NCBI GenBank assembly: GCA_001314545.1
Contig: LIHN01000017.1
Location: 15,904-79,903, forward strand
Direction of reading: 5' to 3'
DNA: 64,000 nt
Origin: Bacteroidetes bacterium HLUCCA01
GTDB lineage: Bacteria; Bacteroidota; Rhodothermia; Balneolales; HLUCCA01
Within the stretch, counting starts at the first letter, position 1. Every line of letters starts with the position of its first letter. This document shows, one piece after another, positions 17,348-27,273 of the stretch. Below the pieces are notes generated by a model, which saw nothing but the letters and a program-made list of their open reading frames with translations, was not told the origin of the DNA and made no database searches. Position numbers and translations under genes: made by a program.

Positions 17348-18067
17348 ATGCATACATCGCCCTGCTTTTCCATCGTTATGCCGGTTCTGAACGAAGCCGC
17401 GGGCATCGCGCTTCAACTGGGCCACCTGCTTTCCTTGCCCGGCCTGGCAGAAAACGCCGAAATCATTGTAGTGGACGGAGGGAGTACCGATTCAACCTGC
17501 AGTATTGCAGCAACATTTCCCGTCAGGCTCATACATTCGCAGCCCGGTCGCGCCCGACAGATGAATGCCGGAGCCCGTCAGGCACGAAGTCGACACCTGT
17601 TTTTCATCCATGCCGACTCCATTCCGCCCCGGACTTTTGTTCAGGATGTACGGGAGCTGATTCGCCGGGATGCGGTAGGTGGTTGTTATCGCCTCGCCTT
17701 TGATGATCCGCATCCGTTGCTGCGACTCTACGCCTGGTTTACACGCTTCGATGTACAAGCCTTCCGGTACGGCGACCAGGGGTTGTATGTACCCGCCGCC
17801 ATATTTCATAGGTTGGGCGGTTTCAATGAGGACTATCTGGTCATGGAAGACAATGACATGGTGCTCCGACTGCGCCGGCACAGCCGGTCGAGGTTTCAAA
17901 TACTACCCGCACCCATGATCACCTCGGCCCGTCGCTACCATGATAACGGCATCCTGCGGCTGCAGCTCATCTTTGCGGCCATTTACCTCCTCCACAACGC
18001 CGGCATTCCCCATGCGGAGCTTAAACGATTCTACAAGGACTGGATCACCGGAAGACCGGTAGTTTAA
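17348..18067 (+). CDS. GT2-family glycosyltransferase (TIGR04283-type partner of DUF2064)
   Basis: 239 aa. FSIVMPVLNEA at the N-terminus, DGGSTD and FIHADS (DxD-like) fit GT-A. It starts 4 nt after the DUF2064 gene. Confidence 0.75.
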   Translation: MHTSPCFSIVMPVLNEAAGIALQLGHLLSLPGLAENAEIIVVDGGSTDSTCSIAATFPVRLIHSQPGRARQMNAGARQARSRHLFFIHADSIPPRTFVQDVRELIRRDAVGGCYRLAFDDPHPLLRLYAWFTRFDVQAFRYGDQGLYVPAAIFHRLGGFNEDYLVMEDNDMVLRLRRHSRSRFQILPAPMITSARRYHDNGILRLQLIFAAIYLLHNAGIPHAELKRFYKDWITGRPVV

Positions 18068-18287
18068 TCGGGTTACCCGGTGTGATCCGCATCCATGCTA
18101 TTGATGGATAATGGGGTTGAACCAACGTCCGGGCGTGTCTTGTCGTGCCATGTTCGTGGCTCACGCGAATGACCCACACCCGGGGCGCAATCAACCCCCA
18201 TTTACATCATTTTATTTCGATGCTTAGCGGATAAGGTGTACTTTCGGGCATTGTGTCGAAATCCAAGGGTCAATTCAATCGTATCGT

Positions 18288-21275
18288 ATGAAATCTAATC
18301 ACGCTCACCGGAGCACGGGCAGTAGTCCTGTGTATACCGGCATCCTGTTGTTTTTACTGGCGATGTTGCCGCTGGTACTGCCCGGCGGACTTGCCGCGCA
18401 ATCCCAAACCTCGCCGGTTGACGGGATGCACAGCAACACCCCGGCCGTCCATGCATTCACCAACGCCACCATCGTGACGGCTCCGGGCACCACCCTGACC
18501 AACGCCACCCTCGTTATACGCAACGGTATGATCGAGGCGGTTGGTCGCAACGCCCGCATTCCGGCCGATGCCCGGGTCTGGGATATGCAGGGCCAAACCC
18601 TGTATCCGGGTTTCATCGACGCCCACTCCCACCTGGGGCAACGCGAACCCCGTGTGGAGCTGGACCGTGGCAACGCCTCCTGGAATCCCCAGCTGCGGGC
18701 CCACCTGAACGCATCCGCGGAGTTCAACAGCGAAGATGACGGTCGGGAGACCCTCCGCAAGGCCGGGTTCACCGCCGCTGCATCCGTGCCCACACTCGGG
18801 CTATTCCGCGGACAGACTGCAGTTTTCAGCCTGAACGATGGTGCCCCCGCCGACCGCCTCATCGCCGATGGCATCGCGCAATCGATTTCACTGGCGCAGA
18901 GCCGGGAGTTTGGCTTCACGTATCCCACCTCGCCCATCGGTGTCATCGCGCTCATCCGTCAAACCCTGTACGATGCAGCCTGGCACCGTGATGCCCATCA
19001 GGCCTACCGCCGTACGCCCGCCGGCCTGACCCGACCTGAGCATAACGCCGTACTGGCCGCCATGGAAGATGCGGTTTCCGGTCGACAACCCGTTGTTTTT
19101 GACGTACGCAGCGATGAGGAGCTGCTCCGGGCCCTTCGTATAGCCGAAGAGTTTGGGTTGCCGAATCCCTGGATCAAAGGCAGCGGCTACGAGTACCGCA
19201 TTGCCGACTACCTGAAATCGCAGTCGGTTTCCCTGATTCTGCCCCTCACCCTGCCGGCAAAACCCGATATCGAAACCCCGGAAGATGCGCTGAATGTGAG
19301 TCTGGCAGAGCTTCGACATTGGTACCTCGCCCCGGAAAACGCCTTTCGGCTGTCGGCTGAGGGGGTACAGTTTGCCTTCACCGCCGAAGGATTGGACAAC
19401 CCGGCCGATATCCTGCACAACCTGCGTCATATGGTCCATGCCGGCCTCGACGCCCGAACGGCCCTGGCTGCGCTGACCACCCAACCGGCTTCCATGCTGG
19501 GTATTGCCGCTACCCATGGCACCCTCGAAACCGGGAAATCGGCCAGCTTTTTTGTAGCCGACGGGGATATTTTCGTGCCGGGCACCCGCATCATGGATGT
19601 ATGGACGGAAGGAACACGGCATGTTGTCAATCGCAATCCGGTGCATAATCCGGCAGGCGTGTGGGCGGTGAGCGCCAGCGATGACCGGATCAACGGCGAG
19701 CTGCAGCTTACCGAATCCCGCAGCGGTCGGTTTTCGGGGAAACTGGTGCGCGATGGAGAAGAAATTGAGCTCATGAACGTAGCCTACGACGATGACACCC
19801 GCAGGCTCCGGGCCGACTTCCTGCACGAAGAGGGCGGATCCAGCACGATGATACGGCTGACCGCTTCCCTGACCGATAACCAGCTGCGGGGCTGGGGCGA
19901 GCGCAGTGGTGAAGCCCGCATGCAGTTTCAGGCGCGGCGAACCGGAGCCGGTGCGCAGCCTGAAGCCCGTACCACCGAAATGATGGCCCGAACGCTGACC
20001 CTCCCGAATATCCGTCCGGCCATGGAATACGGCAGGGAGCGACTCCCCGAGCAGCCCCGCCATGTGCTGGTCCGCAATGCCACCGTCTGGACCATGGGTC
20101 CGCAGGGTATCCTGGAAAACGCCGATCTGCTGGTGCGCGAAGGTCGCGTGGTGGAGGTGGGGCAGAGCCTGCGTGCACCCCGCAACGCTACGGTCATTGA
20201 TGCAGAAGGCAAGCACGTAACACCGGGACTCATCGACGCCCACCTGCATTCCGGTGTAACCGGGGTGAATGAGGTAGGGAATGCCATTACCGCCGAAGTA
20301 CGCATGCGGGATGTGCTGAACATCCACAATATCTGGATGTACCGGCAGCTGGCCGGCGGACTCACCACGGCCCATGTCATGCACGGATCAGCCAATGCCA
20401 TTGGCGGACAAAATGTAACCCTGAAAATGCGCTGGGGCGGCTTGTCGCACGACCTCCCCCTGGATGGGGCCCGCCGAACCATAAAGTTTGCCCTGGGCGA
20501 GAACCCCAAACGGGTGGGAACCGACCGGTACCCCAATACCCGCATGGGCGTGGAGCAGATCATTGCCGACCGCTTCCGGATGGCCGAGGATTATCGGTCG
20601 GCCCGCGAGGCCTGGGAGCGTGATCAGGCCGGCATCCCGCCCCGCCGCGACCTCCGGCTGGACGCCCTGGTCGATATTCTGGAGGGCAACCTCGATGTAC
20701 ACAGTCACAGCTACCGCCAGGATGAAATCCTGATGCTGATGCGACTGGCCGACGATATGGGCTTCCGGGTAGCCTCCTTCCACCACTCCCTGGAAGCGTT
20801 CAAAGTTGCACCGGAACTGGCCGAGCGGGGCATCGGTGCGGTAGTCTGGTCAGACTGGGGCGGATTTAAGATTGAGGCCTATGACAACACCAATTACAAC
20901 GCCCGGTTGCTGCATGAGGCGGGTGTGGTGACCTCCCTGCACTCAGACGATTCTCAGATTGCCACCCGAATGAACTGGGAAGCCGCCAAACTGGTGCGTA
21001 CAGGAGTTGACCGCGAAGTGGCCCTGTCAATGGTTACCAGTCGTACCGCCGAACTGCTGGGCATTCAGGACCGGGTAGGGTCGCTGGAGCCGGGCAAGGA
21101 CGCCGATTTTGTGATCTGGAACGGGGATCCCCTTTCAACGATGACCATCCCTGAGCAGACCTGGGTGGACGGACGGCGGTACTTTGATATCCGCGAAGAT
21201 GCGGAGCTTCGCCGCGCAGTTGAGCGGGAACGCGCTGACTTAATCCGTCTGATCATGGAGGCCGGTAATGACTAA
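18288..21275 (+). CDS. Secreted two-domain amidohydrolase-family protein
   Basis: 995 aa with a signal-like N-terminus. There are two metal-binding HxH motifs (YPGFIDAHSHLG; TPGLIDAHLHSG) and a C-terminal GSLEPGKDADFVIW. Confidence 0.8.
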   Translation: MKSNHAHRSTGSSPVYTGILLFLLAMLPLVLPGGLAAQSQTSPVDGMHSNTPAVHAFTNATIVTAPGTTLTNATLVIRNGMIEAVGRNARIPADARVWDMQGQTLYPGFIDAHSHLGQREPRVELDRGNASWNPQLRAHLNASAEFNSEDDGRETLRKAGFTAAASVPTLGLFRGQTAVFSLNDGAPADRLIADGIAQSISLAQSREFGFTYPTSPIGVIALIRQTLYDAAWHRDAHQAYRRTPAGLTRPEHNAVLAAMEDAVSGRQPVVFDVRSDEELLRALRIAEEFGLPNPWIKGSGYEYRIADYLKSQSVSLILPLTLPAKPDIETPEDALNVSLAELRHWYLAPENAFRLSAEGVQFAFTAEGLDNPADILHNLRHMVHAGLDARTALAALTTQPASMLGIAATHGTLETGKSASFFVADGDIFVPGTRIMDVWTEGTRHVVNRNPVHNPAGVWAVSASDDRINGELQLTESRSGRFSGKLVRDGEEIELMNVAYDDDTRRLRADFLHEEGGSSTMIRLTASLTDNQLRGWGERSGEARMQFQARRTGAGAQPEARTTEMMARTLTLPNIRPAMEYGRERLPEQPRHVLVRNATVWTMGPQGILENADLLVREGRVVEVGQSLRAPRNATVIDAEGKHVTPGLIDAHLHSGVTGVNEVGNAITAEVRMRDVLNIHNIWMYRQLAGGLTTAHVMHGSANAIGGQNVTLKMRWGGLSHDLPLDGARRTIKFALGENPKRVGTDRYPNTRMGVEQIIADRFRMAEDYRSAREAWERDQAGIPPRRDLRLDALVDILEGNLDVHSHSYRQDEILMLMRLADDMGFRVASFHHSLEAFKVAPELAERGIGAVVWSDWGGFKIEAYDNTNYNARLLHEAGVVTSLHSDDSQIATRMNWEAAKLVRTGVDREVALSMVTSRTAELLGIQDRVGSLEPGKDADFVIWNGDPLSTMTIPEQTWVDGRRYFDIREDAELRRAVERERADLIRLIMEAGND

Positions 21276-22584
21276 TTCTCACCTTGTACACGTAATGCAA
21301 TCGGTTATGAAAACAGTACTTTTAGCGCTGCTGCTTACGGGTTTCAGTGCGATGACCGCGCTGGCCCAGACCACCCCGGCACCCCGTCAATCCCAGCCGG
21401 TAGCCCTGGTGGGCGGAACCATTCATACGCTGGCCGGAGAGGCGATTGAAAACGGAACCATCTTGTTTGAAGACGGCATTATCACGGCCATCGGCGTTGA
21501 TATCGCGCTGCCTGAAGGCACGCTGACCGAGGATGTTACCGGCCGGCATATTTATCCGGGCCTCATCGACGGCTGGAGTCAGCTCGGTTTATTCGAGATC
21601 GGTGCGGTGGATATGACGGTGGATGTGAACGAGCAGGGACCGGTGAATCCGAATGTGATGGCCGAGCGGGCGTTTCATCCGGAGAGCCGGCATATTGCCG
21701 TGGCACGGTCGGCCGGGATCCTGACGGCGGTATCCTCGCCCGGTGGCGGACTGGTTTCCGGGCAGTCGGCCGCGATGGCGCTGGACGGCTGGGCCTGGGA
21801 TGAGATGACGGTACGGGCGAGGGTGGCCATGATGGTGAACTGGCCGAACCCGAACAACGCGCGGGCCTATTCCGGACAGGTAGACGAGCTGCGTGCGGCG
21901 TTTGCCGATGCCCGGGCCTATAAGCAGGCGTTTGACGCGGCCGTGGCCGGAAATGCGGTACGACCCGGATTCGATTCGCGCTGGCATGCCATGATGGAGG
22001 TGTTTGACCGGGATCAGCCGGTGGTGGTCAGCGCCAATGAAGTACGCGCCATGCAGGATGCCATAACGTGGGCCTCGGAAGAGAACATCCGGATCATCCT
22101 GCTGGGCGGTCGCGACGCCCATCTCATCACCGATCACCTTCGCGAAACCGATACACCGGTGCTGATAACCAGTGTACAGGCATCGCCCAGCCGGTGGTGG
22201 GAGTCGTACCATGCCTGGTATGAGCTGCCCCGTCAGCTGCATGAAGCCGGCGTGACCTTCGCTATTGTGGGAACGTCGAGTGCGGCCAATGCGAACCGGC
22301 TTCCGTTTGAGGCGGGTACGGCCGCGGCGTTTGGATTACCCCTGGATGAGGCCCTGAAATCGCTCACGGTGTATCCGGCGCAGATTTTGGGACTCGACGA
22401 TGTGATTGGTTCACTGGAGCCGGGCAAGCACGCCAGTTTGATGATCACTGACGGAAATCCGGTGGAGTATGCTACCCAGGTGCTTCAGGTCTATGTGCGC
22501 GGTCGCAAGAGTGATATGAACGATGCACACAAGGAGCTGTATCAGCGCTATCTGCAGAAAGTACAGGAGTATCAGGGCGAGTAA
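21268..22584 (+). CDS. Secreted amidohydrolase-family protein with a degenerate HxH motif
   Basis: 438 aa with signal peptide MKTVLLALLLTGFSAMTALAQ, YPGLIDGWSQLG in place of HxH, and C-terminal GSLEPGKHASLMI. The true start may be an internal Met. Confidence 0.75.
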   Translation: MTNSHLVHVMQSVMKTVLLALLLTGFSAMTALAQTTPAPRQSQPVALVGGTIHTLAGEAIENGTILFEDGIITAIGVDIALPEGTLTEDVTGRHIYPGLIDGWSQLGLFEIGAVDMTVDVNEQGPVNPNVMAERAFHPESRHIAVARSAGILTAVSSPGGGLVSGQSAAMALDGWAWDEMTVRARVAMMVNWPNPNNARAYSGQVDELRAAFADARAYKQAFDAAVAGNAVRPGFDSRWHAMMEVFDRDQPVVVSANEVRAMQDAITWASEENIRIILLGGRDAHLITDHLRETDTPVLITSVQASPSRWWESYHAWYELPRQLHEAGVTFAIVGTSSAANANRLPFEAGTAAAFGLPLDEALKSLTVYPAQILGLDDVIGSLEPGKHASLMITDGNPVEYATQVLQVYVRGRKSDMNDAHKELYQRYLQKVQEYQGE

Positions 22585-22627
22585 ATGGGGTGTGGGCCGG
22601 TGACCACGGCCGGTACCCTTTTCCGAA

Positions 22628-22672
22628 TCCGTTGTCAGGCAAGCCGCGTTTGCCCGGCAACGGATTTTTTTT
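22628..22672 (+). terminator. Rho-independent terminator
   Basis: tccgttgtcaggcaa..ttgcccggcaacgga forms a stem (2 mismatches), followed by tttttttt (22665-22672). It sits 44 nt after the stop of the upstream gene. Confidence 0.7.
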
Positions 22673-22769
22673 ATGCTGACCGAGAGTGTACAGGGAGCCT
22701 GGCACTTTCGCCTATGCACTGCTTAACCGGCCGCTGAGTGCGACCGGTACTATTTCGGCAATGCTTTGC

Positions 22770-24959
22770 TTACCGGCCGCCGGGCTCGGCATGCCGTTCT
22801 ACCCATTCCCGGACCGTATGATACCAGTGAATCGAGTTGTTAGGCTTGAGAATCCAGTGGTTTTCATCGGGATAATACACCAGCTTCGACTCCACTCCGC
22901 GGTGTTGCAGGGTGCGGAATAACTCGAACGCCTGGCCTACCGGAACGCGTAAATCGGTCTGCCCGTGAATGATCAGGGCCGGGGTGTTGAAACTGCCGGC
23001 ATAATAATGCGGAGAAATCTCTTTGTAGATGTCCGGATTGTCCCAGTAGTCGCCGAACCGCACGGAATGCACCGAGAAGTCGGCGGCCATCTGCGAGTAC
23101 ATGTTGTACACCGGAGCGTGTATCAGCAGGGCGTTGAAGGGATGGTCAACACCAAGCAGAATGGAAGACAGATATCCACCGTAGGAACCTCCCCCGGCTA
23201 CCATCCTGTCGGCATCAATCCAAGGTTTTTCTGCGAACCACTGCGCCGCCCGACGGGTATCTTCCAGCGGTTTGGTCAGCCAGTCAGGATTGATGGCATC
23301 GGCAAAGTCCTGCCCGAAACCGGAACTACCATGGAAGTTGTGCCAGGCTGTTACATACCCCCAGGAGGCAAATGTCTGGGCATTCCAGCGAAAATGAAAT
23401 CCATCTGTGATGCCGTTATGCGGACCGCCGTGGATGAGCAAAAACAGCGGGTATTGCTTGGTTTCATCGAATCCGGGCGGATAATGCACCCACATCTGGA
23501 TGTCCTGACCATTGGCTCCGGTGTAGGTTACGCTTTCGTAGGTGCCGAGATCTACCTCCGCCAGAATATCGTCGTTAATGGTGTCGATGCGGGTGGTGGC
23601 GCCGTTGCGTGTGTTGACCATGACGAGCCGTGGCGGGTACAGAAAGCTGTGATTCTGGGCTACCATGGTGCCGTTTCCGGCGATGTCGATGGCGGGAAAG
23701 TCAGTTTCCGCGGTAATGCGTCGTGGCGTTTGATTGCGTCCTGCCACCGGGATGTACCAGATGTTGCGCATGCCGGCATCATCAATGGATCCGTACAACC
23801 CATTCCCGTCCGGTGCCCAGACAAGTCCGTCGGCGGAGCGGTCCCACTCAGTGGTGACCTCGCGGATAGCCCCGCTGTTTACATCGTACAGGTTGAGGCG
23901 GCGGGTATCCGAGTAAAACCCGTTGATTCGCTGGCGGGTGAACGCAAGAAGGCGACCGTTTGGACTGAAAAGGGGGCTGGCGTCAACGCCGGGGTTATCG
24001 GTGGTGATGTTGCGGGCCTCGCTGCTGCCGGGCGCTACCAGGTAGATGTCCACGTTGGAGTCGGTGTCGTCACGGTTGGTATCGGTAACGAAGGCTACCA
24101 GCGACTCATCCGGGGAGACATCGTACGAACTCGCGGACCATCCTGTGGGACGGGTGATGGCTTCAACATCGCCGCCGTTAGCCGGTATACGGTAAACGTG
24201 TGTTTCGCGGGATGCATCCAGGTATCGGTCCCATGAGCTGAAGGGGAGTTCGGTCCACTCGAAGGCGCTGATGTGCGATGCCCGGTCGGCATCCAGTTGT
24301 TCCTGCATTTCTTCCCACGTTTCCAGTTCTTTGAAAATGCTGGAGGTGAAGTAGATGTGGTTGCCTACCCATTTCGGATTGCCGACACCGGTGGGGACTT
24401 CGGTAAGTCGGGTGGCTTCACCGGGCTCGTTGAGGGGCAGGATGTAGAGCTGCGAGGCACTGTCGCCGTCGCGTCGACTGATGAAAGCCAGGTGGTGGCC
24501 GTCGGGACTAAATACCGGCGAGCCATCGGCTGCGCCGTGGCGTGTGAGCGGCCGTTCAACGGATCTATCCGGGGTGAACAACCAAATATCGGTGTGCGCT
24601 TTGTCATCGTCAACGGTATATCGTGTGACCGGAGCGACAATCCACCGCCCGTTCGGTGAAATTGTGGGTGCACCAACGCGTTGCATTTCCCAGAGGCGTT
24701 CCACGCTGAGGGTTCGGTCGGGGGCATCTGTGGCAGCGTGATGGTCGGCGGAAGATGAGTTTGTAGTTTGTTGTTCGGAGGCGGAGCGTAGGTCGGGAGA
24801 TGGGTATTCTGCAGAGCGTTCATCGACCTGGTGAGAGCCAGCTATAGTAGGAGTTGTTGCGTGGATGCCGGCGGCGTTGGATGGAACGGGTTGCAGGGCT
24901 ATGAGTGCGACAACCAGCAGGAGCGTCGGCAATGTTGCGAAATAGTAGTTCTTAGACAT
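22770..24959 (-). CDS. S9-family serine peptidase (prolyl oligopeptidase / acylaminoacyl-peptidase type) with N-terminal beta-propeller
   Basis: 729 aa with a signal peptide and TolB/WD40-like repeats (SPNGRW, SPDGHHLAF, SPNGRLLAF). The nucleophile elbow is GGSYGGYL. The C-terminal part has GQTDLRVP and DENHW (Asp/His of the triad). Confidence 0.85.
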   Translation of the reverse strand: MSKNYYFATLPTLLLVVALIALQPVPSNAAGIHATTPTIAGSHQVDERSAEYPSPDLRSASEQQTTNSSSADHHAATDAPDRTLSVERLWEMQRVGAPTISPNGRWIVAPVTRYTVDDDKAHTDIWLFTPDRSVERPLTRHGAADGSPVFSPDGHHLAFISRRDGDSASQLYILPLNEPGEATRLTEVPTGVGNPKWVGNHIYFTSSIFKELETWEEMQEQLDADRASHISAFEWTELPFSSWDRYLDASRETHVYRIPANGGDVEAITRPTGWSASSYDVSPDESLVAFVTDTNRDDTDSNVDIYLVAPGSSEARNITTDNPGVDASPLFSPNGRLLAFTRQRINGFYSDTRRLNLYDVNSGAIREVTTEWDRSADGLVWAPDGNGLYGSIDDAGMRNIWYIPVAGRNQTPRRITAETDFPAIDIAGNGTMVAQNHSFLYPPRLVMVNTRNGATTRIDTINDDILAEVDLGTYESVTYTGANGQDIQMWVHYPPGFDETKQYPLFLLIHGGPHNGITDGFHFRWNAQTFASWGYVTAWHNFHGSSGFGQDFADAINPDWLTKPLEDTRRAAQWFAEKPWIDADRMVAGGGSYGGYLSSILLGVDHPFNALLIHAPVYNMYSQMAADFSVHSVRFGDYWDNPDIYKEISPHYYAGSFNTPALIIHGQTDLRVPVGQAFELFRTLQHRGVESKLVYYPDENHWILKPNNSIHWYHTVREWVERHAEPGGR

Positions 24960-25399
24960 AGTTTGACGATTGGTAAACAGTTGATTTGAAAAGACACTAA
25001 ACGACTAATGTGGTGAAAATATTGGTGATTTGCAGGGGGTTCATCCATTTTCACACTTGATATAGTGGAAGCATTGGTAACAATCAAAGAATGATCATTT
25101 TATTGGCTACAAAATAATTTATTAAAGATTAAATGCAGCCTCCATTAATCGTCTCTGAGCTGATGGGATGCCGATTTTTAGAGCTAAATCATCCCATTTT
25201 GATTGGGTCGGGCATCCCTTTCCAATGGGAGTAAACCTTAATATCGGTTTTATCAGAAGCCATACTTATAGATTCATATCTTGCAGTTTCCGACCAAATT
25301 CATCATCTGCTGCTAACTTCAGAAAATCCTCGTGTAAGTTCAGGACTCGTAATACATTAAAGTAAGCACCAATAGCCACTGACTCAGCAGTCCTACAGG

Positions 25400-26407
25400 G
25401 TGTTGAATGACTTCTGGCTACAACCCGATCAACGTGCTGTTTTTGCCAATGACTGGGACGGGTTATACACCGAACACTATCGCTATGGCTATGATTTCGA
25501 CCTCAACGACAATACCGGACAGGGCCAAAATGCCCAAGGACAAAACATCCTGCGTATTCGCCTGGCCGATAATGGCGACGATGCCATCGCCCTGCGTCGC
25601 CCCGACGGCTCCATCGAAGACTACATGAGCTGGCGTGGAACGTCCTACGGTGGCTATACGTGGAACCTCACGCAAAATGGGGACAAAACCATGTCGCTAC
25701 ATCGTCAGCACGTAAACTGTATTACCGGCTGTTCCAAGCCCGGGGACTGGACGGTAGGCCCGCGTGCACCCTATGCCGCCGATTATTACTACGATGCCAA
25801 CGGAAACCGCATCATTGACAAAGACAGCGGAATGGCCATGATGAATGGCGACGCCCGAGGCATGCATTTTACCTACGACGAGCGTAACCTGCGCATTCGC
25901 ATCGGCGATGCGCGTTATCGCTACAACGCCGAGGGGCATCGCTACTACAGCGAAGTGGGAGGAGTTGCCACGGTGACCATCATGGATGGAGACCGAAATG
26001 TGGGCACCTTTCGAGGGGTGAACGGGACCAACTGGCAACTGAGTTACTGGAACATCCATGGCAACGGACTCGAAGGGCGTTATGATAATCCCAATGTGGT
26101 GTTTCATAAGCGTTACTACCACAAAGACCATCTGGGCTCCACCCGCGTGGTGGTGAATCAAGACGGTACGGTAATCGGCTCGTACGACTACTACCCGTTC
26201 GGCCTTGAAATGCCGGGGAGAAGCACGACCACTGGCTCGGCTACCCGCGAGAAGTTCACCGGCCACCAACGCGATGAGGAAGTCGGCCTGGACTACATGG
26301 TCTGGCGCCGCTACAACCCGGCCTTCCCGGTGTTCTTGAGTGTGGATCCGTTGTATGTCTTATTGAAGTGGTCCGAGATCTTAGGACAGCGATTAAGTGT
26401 TTCTTAG
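25400..26407 (+). pseudogene. Truncated RHS/YD-repeat protein fragment: LTD-like segment, a few YD repeats and the RHS core, with no toxin tip
   Basis: YD-type repeats (YRYNAEGHRYY, YYYDANGNRI) and the RHS-associated core (YYHKDHLGSTRVVVNQDGTVIGSYDYYPFGLEMPG..KFTGHQRDEEVGLDYMVWRRYNPAFPVFLSVDP). Only ~20 AT-rich-encoded residues follow the DP motif. There is no ATG or signal peptide, and an in-frame stop lies at 25373-25375 just upstream of the GTG. Confidence 0.7.
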
Positions 26408-26488
26408 TTTGATTGATAAAGGTTAAGCTGCCCAACGGAACGGGAGTGGATAACGTATTGTGGTGTTGCTTTTATGAGCGCACGAAAT

Positions 26489-26516
26489 GTCCAGTAATTT
26501 ATATAAAAAACTGGAC
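26489..26516 (+). promoter_or_regulatory. Candidate operator/promoter inverted repeat upstream of the AbiEi gene
   Basis: gtccagt(26489-26495) and actggac(26510-26516) flank the AT-rich spacer aatttatataaaaa, 32 nt upstream of ATG 26548. Confidence 0.3.
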
Positions 26517-26547
26517 AATAGTGTTTCCATTTTGTAAATTAAAGCCC

Positions 26548-27273
26548 ATGAAAACCACTGAATATGTATCATTTAAGATAGATCGACTACCTAGGGGTTA
26601 TGTATTCACCCATGAAGACTTTAATGGTGGGGTGAATAAGAGAGAAGCCATCATAAAAGCATTGAATAGAATGGCATCATCCGGTAAGATTGTCAAGCTG
26701 AGCAAGGGTAAGTACTACAAGCCTGAAGTTACTCCGTTTGGTGAGCTACAACCACCTCAAAAGCAAATAGTCAAGGACTTGTTGGAGGATAATGGTAAAG
26801 TTACGGGCTATTTAACTGGGTACAGCGTTTTTAATGAACTTGGATTAACTACACAGGTAAGCAATACGATTCAAATTGGCCGGAACTGGGTGGGTCCTGA
26901 GATAACTCGGGGGAAATATACCATTCGGTTTGTTCGCCAAAAGAATACCATAACCGTAGAAAGCGTACCCCTTCTGCAACTACTCGATGTGTTGCGCTTT
27001 ATTAAAAAAGTTCCGGATACAACCCCCGCCCAGAGTGTTAAACGCCTCCAAAAGCTAATAAGTAATCTTTCTAAAGATGACTTGAGAACTATGGTACGTT
27101 TGGCTCAAAAGTATCCCCCATCAACACGCGCTCTATTGGGAGCTATACTTGACGACTCTGGGATTACCGAATACGCTCAGTCTCTTCGTGCTTCGCTAAA
27201 TCCGATAACCACATATAAGATTCCTGATGTATCGAAGGTACTTCCATCAGCAAACTCATGGAATATTTTATGA
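26548..27273 (+). CDS. AbiEi-like (DUF6088-type) antitoxin / transcriptional regulator of a type IV TA system
   Basis: MKTTEYVSFKIDRLPRGYVFTHEDF..IIKALNRMASSGKIVKLSKGKYYKPEVTPFGELQP..GYLTGYSVFNELGLTTQV matches my recollection of DUF6088/AbiEi proteins. The N-terminal extension from 26413 in the track is rejected. The stop overlaps the toxin start. Confidence 0.7.
   Translation: MKTTEYVSFKIDRLPRGYVFTHEDFNGGVNKREAIIKALNRMASSGKIVKLSKGKYYKPEVTPFGELQPPQKQIVKDLLEDNGKVTGYLTGYSVFNELGLTTQVSNTIQIGRNWVGPEITRGKYTIRFVRQKNTITVESVPLLQLLDVLRFIKKVPDTTPAQSVKRLQKLISNLSKDDLRTMVRLAQKYPPSTRALLGAILDDSGITEYAQSLRASLNPITTYKIPDVSKVLPSANSWNIL

Noticed and set aside
18888-20384. 498-aa minus-strand ORF
   Set aside because: It is antisense to the 995-aa amidohydrolase gene, which has HxH and other family motifs. 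The antisense product is low-complexity and Gly/Arg-rich.
22965-24236. 423-aa plus-strand ORF
   Set aside because: It is antisense to the S9 peptidase gene (GGSYGGYL nucleophile elbow on the minus strand).
25168-25365. 65-aa ORF in the AT-rich segment, and a short minus-strand reading ..SKWDDLALKIGIPSAQRRLMEAAFNL that hints at an HTH remnant
   Set aside because: There is no start codon or recognisable family, and it is too short to support a call. It may be a decayed mobility or regulatory gene, but that cannot be shown by eye.
26413-26547. 45-aa N-terminal extension of the AbiEi ORF, and the 27258 start for AbiEii
   Set aside because: The extension covers the AT-rich promoter/operator region. 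Family-typical N-termini begin at ATG 26548 (MKTTEY..) and ATG 27270 (MKLHED..).
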